Shown in pieces: positions 18,930 to 25,291 of a DNA stretch of 25,291 nt. The stretch lies in assembly GCA_010015585.1 (NCBI GenBank), contig ML975153.1; one strand, 5' to 3'. Both the position numbers and the translations under genes were made by a program. Source of the DNA: Eremomyces bilateralis CBS 781.70. Taxonomy: Eukaryota. Each line of letters starts with the position of its first letter. Position 1 is the stretch's first letter. The notes below the pieces were generated by a model. That model was given only the letters and a program-made list of their open reading frames with translations. It had not been told where the DNA came from and made no database searches.

Positions 18930-21341
18930 TTTGGTCTTTGCCGATACACCAACGGTCTTTGATTTGTTGTTTGGATGCGAGGTTTTAGGCTTCCTGTAGT
19001 TCGCGATATGCGATAAGGAATGAATATATGGTATGATATGCTAACTGTTGCACTATCAAGCAATTGTCGGTCGCAAAGGTCATGGCCAGTCCATCCTGCT
19101 CTTATACACTCACACAACATCCTTACTGGCTTTTTCTGCAATGTCGCGTGCTTTGCCTGGCATGCTTACTTTCGGTCGGGTTGGTGGTGCTATCAAAAAG
19201 TTTCGTACGAAAGTGGTGGCACCACCAGACCAAAACTTCAGTGAGAGGTCAGCTCCAGCCCTACCAACTAGCACCAATAGCCTGGGAGCACCCCTCTCAG
19301 GTTTTTAAGTTCTTTTACCAGCATTCAGCACCAAAACACCTGATCATTCGAGCAGGCATTCCCAGGAGAAATTTACCTCATTAGTCAAGCAGCATAGGAA
19401 GGAAATCTGTGTCGATGCAGCCTAAGGATTGCACTAGTGGCTCAGTCACTCAATGGAACCGTATCTCGTTTTCATTCTTTCACAATTCAGTCTTCGAAAC
19501 TTGGCCCTTAAGTACCATCCAATGCCCCTGATTTCACTGTGGATTCAGAAACGGCGCTTATATTGCTAGTACGATCCCAAGCAGAGGAAAATTAACCCAA
19601 ATTTTAGCAGCAACCCACACCCGCCACCAAGAGCGGCTCGTCCCGCCCGTGATCTGCGCCAGGTGAGGAGAATTATGGACCATGGGGAACATCACACTCA
19701 TTTGACCATTGTCAGGAAACCTTTTAATGCAAATGCTGATCAAGGACATACAGAACCGTATCCAAGGCTCCTAAAACAAGAAGCAGAGAGGCCTTTTGAG
19801 ACGTGTGAAATAAACCGGACCGTCGTCGATTTTAACATCGCAGCACATAAACAGAGTATCCTGGTTTGCCAGAATGGCTTTCATTAGGTAGGATTGATCT
19901 CCTGAGATCACACCACTTTCATCATTCAACACCATGCTCTATGTAGTTACGAACCTGTGATAGATCGCCGCATTGCATTCCGGTCGCCGATATCGAATTT
20001 ATCCTTTCGCCGATTACGCCAAGAATGTCACGCCATGAGCCCGTTTCGAGGACGAGCCACTGCCGTCATTGCCGCCTTCACATCACCGTGTCTCGCCGGA
20101 CGAGTAGTGAGGAATAGGGACATTCCAGTATCATGACTGCATTCATTGGGTCCAGCCATGACATTGGATAATCGATAGCTTTCCTCGTCCTCCGGCAGAT
20201 GACGTGTAGTAAGGCATGGACGAACCTGCCGAGCGACTAGTTCGGTTCCTATGGTACCAATGAACACTACCCATCCCACAAAGCAAGATACCTCAGCGAC
20301 ATGACTTCCGAAACCCTCTACATTGGCAAGCGTACAATCCTAAACTTCAAGCACCCGGCTGATCCAGCGGAGCCAGGGTATAAGGCCTCCCTACCAGCAA
20401 CATTTGCTTCTCTCCCCCTCGCCAAGGAGGATGCGAGAGGGGGGAATTCGTGGAGTATGATGAGTTCTCTGAAGTGAAAGAGGGATCTGGGTGTGAACGT
20501 TCTTCTCCCCGGGTGAATGAGGGCGGTCGGAACATTCTGGTGTCGGTCATTCCGAGTAGTTAAGTACTCTGAAATAGAATTCATCGAGTAGTTGGCTATA
20601 AAGGACTAATAAAGCCTTGAAACACTCGATTTCGGTCTACCACACCTCTTCAGATACCTTTGCTAGGCGCCTAGCTATTTTGCTGCCCTGAGCTCAGTTC
20701 ATCAGTCGATGGATTTCTGTTATTAGGCTGCTATGTTTGATACCCACTAGGATAACTAGTATGGTACCCGGTACCAAACAATACCGTCTCTCTTACTCTG
20801 GGACGCCCAATAACGTCCCGGATCGGAGTTCGGTCCACTCGAATATAATTCGGTTCTTAACCACCCAAGAGCAACAACCCGCGTCATCTTTCAGGGGAAT
20901 CCAATCCCTTATCTAATAGGTTTATACACACCTGAAATCCCACCAATCCGTTAATTTACTAGACCCTGCGGCATTCTACGGGAAGTACCTGAATCTCGGT
21001 AGAGGGCTACCTTTCTCCCTCACTGTTCTTTGGTTCTCGAGAACGGCGGCGCCATGGTTGTCCTGTCTCAATGGCCTGAGTCGGTCTTTCGAGGTTTAAT
21101 TTCAGATCATGACACCGTGGAAATTCGAGGGATTTGACGATGCCGAAGCTTATCCAAAACCAGTGATTCGCCTTTATCTCAGATGATGCAGGTGATATTT
21201 TCTCTGCTTTATATAATCCAGCGGACGGACTCTCGTATGGAGCACTTCCACCAGATTGATTCATATCAAACACACACACACTATTCAGTACCCGATACCT
21301 AGACGCACTGGTCCCTTGACAACACTGGCGATGAAGTGCCA

Positions 21342-22001
21342 ATGACCTCCAAGTGCGGAATTCATACCCCGACTCGCCGTCTGGAGCAGGACAGTAACCA
21401 ATCTTCGCCTCGGCCGATCGATATGGCGGCGCATCCGCCCCTCCCAACCTTTTCCACCCTGGCCGCGATTCAAAACAAGATCCGGTCGCTCCAGCCTTTC
21501 GGGCACATGCTCCAGCAACGGCTTCATTCCGAGGCCACGAAGATCGAACCGGACCTCCGGCGGCTGTGCGCCACCGCCAATTGCCTCGACCGGCTCCGAG
21601 CCGAGCTTGATCGTCTGCGGGTGGACTTGACGATGATGCAAATGGCCCTGGCCGAACGGAAATCCGAGTCGGAGGCTGCGGCTCGCGCTAGGGCCGATGC
21701 TGCTGCACGTGAATCGCAGGACGATTGGCGGAAGGTGATAGGGGTGATGAACTCGGACGACTCGGATGACGATTCAGACGATTCAAACGATTCAGACAAT
21801 TCAGACGATGACTCAGATGACGACCCTTACGACGACCCATACGACGATTCGGATGATGAGCGAGAAGACGAAAGATTTACGTATATCGCTCATAACGCTC
21901 CTGACGTGGTCAACGGCCCTAACGTGGCCAAAAGGGGGGCCGTGGTCACAGTGGTCCCTATCGAGAGCAATGAGACCGACACAGTGGGCGTTGTGGAATG
22001 A
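21342..22001 (+). CDS. Hypothetical coiled-coil protein with an Asp/Ser-rich acidic tract (start at ATG 21342 or 21423)
   Basis: About 660-nt GC-rich ORF standing out from AT-richer flanks. It has an amphipathic heptad segment LDRLRAELDRLRVDLTMMQMALAERK, an Ala-rich helix, and then SDDSDDDSDDSNDSDNSDDDSDDDPYDDPYDDSDDE. Confidence 0.62.
   Translation: MTSKCGIHTPTRRLEQDSNQSSPRPIDMAAHPPLPTFSTLAAIQNKIRSLQPFGHMLQQRLHSEATKIEPDLRRLCATANCLDRLRAELDRLRVDLTMMQMALAERKSESEAAARARADAAARESQDDWRKVIGVMNSDDSDDDSDDSNDSDNSDDDSDDDPYDDPYDDSDDEREDERFTYIAHNAPDVVNGPNVAKRGAVVTVVPIESNETDTVGVVE
21753..21872 (+). repeat. Low-complexity 9/12-bp GAC/GAT-based tandem repeats encoding the acidic tract
   Basis: Repeats include tcggacgac, tcggatgacgat, tcagacgat, tcaaacgat, tcagacaat, and gacgacccttac/gacgacccatac. 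Confidence 0.8.
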
Positions 22002-22648
22002 GAAAATGATGTTAGCTTTGGAAACGCAACGGACACGGAACAGGACCCGGCGTGGTGCGCTCTGGGAAATTCAAAGGCAATATATACCGGATGAACAGAA
22101 GAGTTCTAGTACCGGGTCGCGAGATTTTAATCGCAGAGATAAATGGAGGCCATGATTGTATGAGTACGGAAGTATTAAGTATAGAAGTACCTAATAGGCT
22201 AATAGATTTAAGATGATAGAAAACGGCTGTCTATGCTGTAGATCTGGACAGTGAAGGTAAAGGAAAGGGAAGCATTAGAGAAGAGGGTTGGCAAGGGTTC
22301 AACAGAGGTCCAACGAAGAAGATGCCACAGAATATCTGTGTTTCTTGGCGTTTCCCCATCTGTGTAGAAAAAGCTGGACCCCACGCCGCGTTCTGCCTCA
22401 CTGCGTCAATATTTGGGCTGGGCAGCCAGAAACCCCCAGCCCCCGGCGAGGCTGTCCAAACCAAGCTTCTCACAAGCAGTCAATGATTCGACATAATGAA
22501 TAATTGTTCTTACGTAGTACTTTGCCTCTACACTTGTTAACTTGGAGAGCTAGGTACGGAATTTCGCCGATGGCCGCACCACACTACTGCCTCTAAGCCC
22601 TACCATTCCCGATCCTCATCGCTTGCTAGTCAGCCTCCGCACGCAGCC

Positions 22649-25291
22649 ATGCGACTTCTACAACGCAGCGAGATGGGCGAATTCAGGGTCACTAAGGACT
22701 TGGTTGGCGACGATCTAATCCCTCCTTATGCCATACTTTCGCACACATGGGATCCGGATAACCGGAAGGAGGTTACCTTCGAGGACATGATAAATGGCAC
22801 CGGCGAGGAAAAGCGTGGATATGAGAAGATCCGGTTCTGTGGAGAACAAGCTAGACAAGATGGTCTACAATACTTTTGGATTGATACCTGCTGTATTAAC
22901 AAGAAAAGCTACGGCGAACTCTCGCGCGCCATCAACTCCATGTTTCGGTGGTATCGGAACGCGACTCGATGCTACGTGTACCTGTCCGATGTTTCGACTA
23001 AGAAGAGGAAAAGGAGTGAGGGCGCAAGAGACACTTGGGAATCGGATTTCCGGAAAAGCAGATGGTTTACTCGGGGTTGGACGCTCCAAGAGCTCCTTGC
23101 CCCAGCTTCAGTCGAATTCTTCTCCCAGGAACGCAAGCGACTTAGTGACAAGAATTCTCTAAAGCAACAACTTTACGAGATAACAGGTATTCCTGAGTCA
23201 GCGCTTCAAGGAGACCTTTTATTTCAGTTCAGCGTTAATGAGCGATTTTCGTGGATAAACTCTCGCCAGACCAAGCTCGAAGAAGACGAATCGTACTCAT
23301 TATTGGGAATTTTCGGCGTCTATATACCCCCTCGTTATGGCGAAGGGAGGCCGAGTGCGTTTAAACGGCTCCAAGAGGAGATCGATAAGCTGGAGAAATG
23401 CATCCGAGACGTACGCCTCACCGATCCCCGGGATGACAAGAAGCGTATAGAAGATACCAAGGGCGGCTTACTAGAGGACTCGTACCACTGGATCCTCGAA
23501 AATTCCGAATTCCAACAATGGCGCAACAACCAAAACAGTCGGCTACTATGGATTAAGGGCGATCCCGGCAAGGGCAAGACGATGCTACTCTGCGGCATTA
23601 TCAACGAGCTGAAGAAGTCCATGGCTAATCCGGATCTTCTATCGTACTTCTTCTGCCAGGCTACTGACTCCCGAATCAACAACGCCACGGCCGTGCTACG
23701 AGGTTTGATATTTTTGCTTATCGACCAGCAGCCATCCCTTATCTCGCATGTACGGATAAGGTACGATCACGCTGGAAAATCGCTCTTCGAGGATGCGAAT
23801 GCGTGGGTTGCTTTGTCCGAGATCTTCACCAACATCCTGCAAGACCCAAGCTTGAATATCACGTACTTAATTGTCGATGCCCTCGACGAATGCGTGGCAG
23901 ACTTACCGAAATTGTTAGACTTCATCGTCCAGATGTCGTCTGTATCCCGTCGTACCAGGTGGATCTTCTCTAGTCGAAACTGGCCGAGTATCGAGAAGAA
24001 TCTCGACAATGCAACGCAGATGGTGAGACTATGTCTCGAGCTTAATGAAGAATCTGTCTCCGCTGCTGTCGCAACATATATCCAGTTCAGGGTGGATAGG
24101 CTAGCGAAGCGAAACAGATACGGCAGTGGTACACGGGACGCTGTCCAGCGCCACTTATCGCTAAACGCAAAGGACACTTTTCTTTGGGTGGCCTTAGTCT
24201 GCCAAGAACTATCCCATATTTCGGGATGGAAGGCTCAGCAGAAGTTGGCGTCGTTCCCGCCCGGACTCGATGCCCTCTACAGGCGGATGATTGATCAGAT
24301 CCGGGATTCGGAGGATGCTGGGCTTTGCAAACGGATACTGGCTGTTGTTTCCGCTGTGTACCGGCCCGTCACGTTAGACGAGTTGGCGTCTCTCGTTGAC
24401 TTGCCTGATGGGGTCGCCGACGGATACGATGATCTATCGGAGATCATTGGCCTTTGTGGATCTTTCCTGTCGCTCCGAGAAAGCACCATCTCCCTCGTTC
24501 ATCAGTCAGCGAAGGACTTTTTGGTTGAAAAGGCATACAATGAGATCTATCCTTCTGGGATAGAATGTGTGCATTTTACCATCTTCTCGCGATCGCTACA
24601 TGTCATGTCCGAGAAACTAAGACGCGATATCTACGGCCTAGGTGCACCGGGATTTCCCGTTAACCAAGTCAAGCAACCCGATTCAGACCCACTCTCCCCA
24701 GCACGATACTCGTGTGTCTATTGGATTAATCACCTAGCCGACTGTAATCCCGCCAGGAATGCGACTAGCGATTTCCAAGATGGTGGATCTATTGACAAAT
24801 TTTTACGTCGGAGCTACCTTTACTGGCTCGAGGCTCTAAGCATTTGCAGAAGCATGTCAGAAGGGGTTGTATCAATGGCGAAACTCGAGGCTCTCTTCCA
24901 AGTAATACTTAGTCTACTTATTACCAACATATGCTAACGTAAAATAGGCAACAGCAGACGAATCTGGATGTTTTAAACTAGTTCAAGACGCGCGACGATT
25001 TATCATGTATTACAAGCAGGGAATAGAGAACAGTCCTCTTCAAGCATATGCATCTACTCTCTTGTTTAGTCCAGGCCGCAGCCTCATAAAGGATCTTTTC
25101 AGGCACGAAGAGCCGAAATGGATCACGATACAGCCGGCTATAAGAGATGCATGGGGCCCCTGCCTGCAGACGCTGGAGGGGCATAGCAGTGTGGTATTGT
25201 CGGTGGCCTTCTCACATGACTCGACCCAACTCGCCTCCGCGTCGGGCGATAGCACGGTCAAGATCTGGGAGGCGCGCAGCGGCGCGTGTCT
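22649..25291 (+). CDS. HET-NACHT-WD40 fungal NLR (HET-E/HNWD-like vegetative incompatibility protein), exons 22649-24901 and 24948->25291, 3'-truncated by the window edge
   Basis: HET domain motifs YAILSHTW, WIDTCCINK, AINSMFRWY, WFTRGWTLQELLAP. NACHT Walker A GDPGKGKT (23558-23581) and Walker B YLIVDALDEC, plus FLWVALV, LVHQSAKDFL and YSCVYWINHL. After the intron: DARRFIMYY, SPLQAYASTLLFSP, and the first WD repeat CLQTLEGHSSVVLSVAFSHDSTQLASASGDSTVKIWEARSGAC. Confidence 0.96.
24902..24947 (+). other. Predicted spliceosomal intron (46 nt, phase 0) in the NLR gene
   Basis: GTAATA donor, GCTAAC branch site at 24933-24938, TAG acceptor. Excision continues the frame into the WD-proximal region. 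Confidence 0.9.
25161..25291 (+). repeat. First WD40 unit (~126 bp, 42 aa) of the NLR sensor array
   Basis: CLQTLEGH...VAFS.D...LASAS.D.TVKIW...SGAC matches the HNWD repeat consensus. A second unit begins at the window edge (TGT CT). Confidence 0.85.

Noticed and set aside
21873..22001. C-terminus of the acidic protein as an amyloid signalling motif (HET-s, PP or sigma type) paired with the NLR
   Set aside because: It lacks the N/G/Q pseudo-repeat pattern, and the NLR carries its own HET effector domain with no N-terminal amyloid motif.
24935..24937. Stop ending the 762-aa ORF taken as evidence of an NLR pseudogene
   Set aside because: The stop lies inside a canonical 46-nt intron, and the spliced frame continues into WD40 repeats.

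Overview
Eukaryotic DNA from a filamentous ascomycete (Pezizomycotina-like): short GT-AG introns with CTRAC-type branch sites and fungal gene families. The first ~9.2 kb is gene-dense (about 70% coding by my models). It holds a 5'-truncated GT90/CAP10-type glycosyltransferase, a two-exon atypical C2H2/C2HC zinc-finger gene, and a long intronless low-complexity protein. The stretch ~9.2-22.6 kb is gene-poor (about 20% coding) and carries small, apparently orphan genes: a 159-aa hypothetical protein, an AT-hook plus SREBP-type (EKKYR) bHLH-zipper factor with a 4-nt first coding exon and a splicing-dependent overlapping uORF, a three-exon transmembrane RING-H2 E3 ligase with a His-periodic 8-aa repeat tail, and a coiled-coil protein with an Asp-rich tract. 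The window ends inside a HET-NACHT-WD40 (HET-E/HNWD-type) fungal NLR gene. I found no rRNA, tRNA, CRISPR array or recognisable transposase/recombinase. All splice models were read by eye and need RNA-seq confirmation. The idea that the right-hand genes form one immune or regulatory system is inference only.
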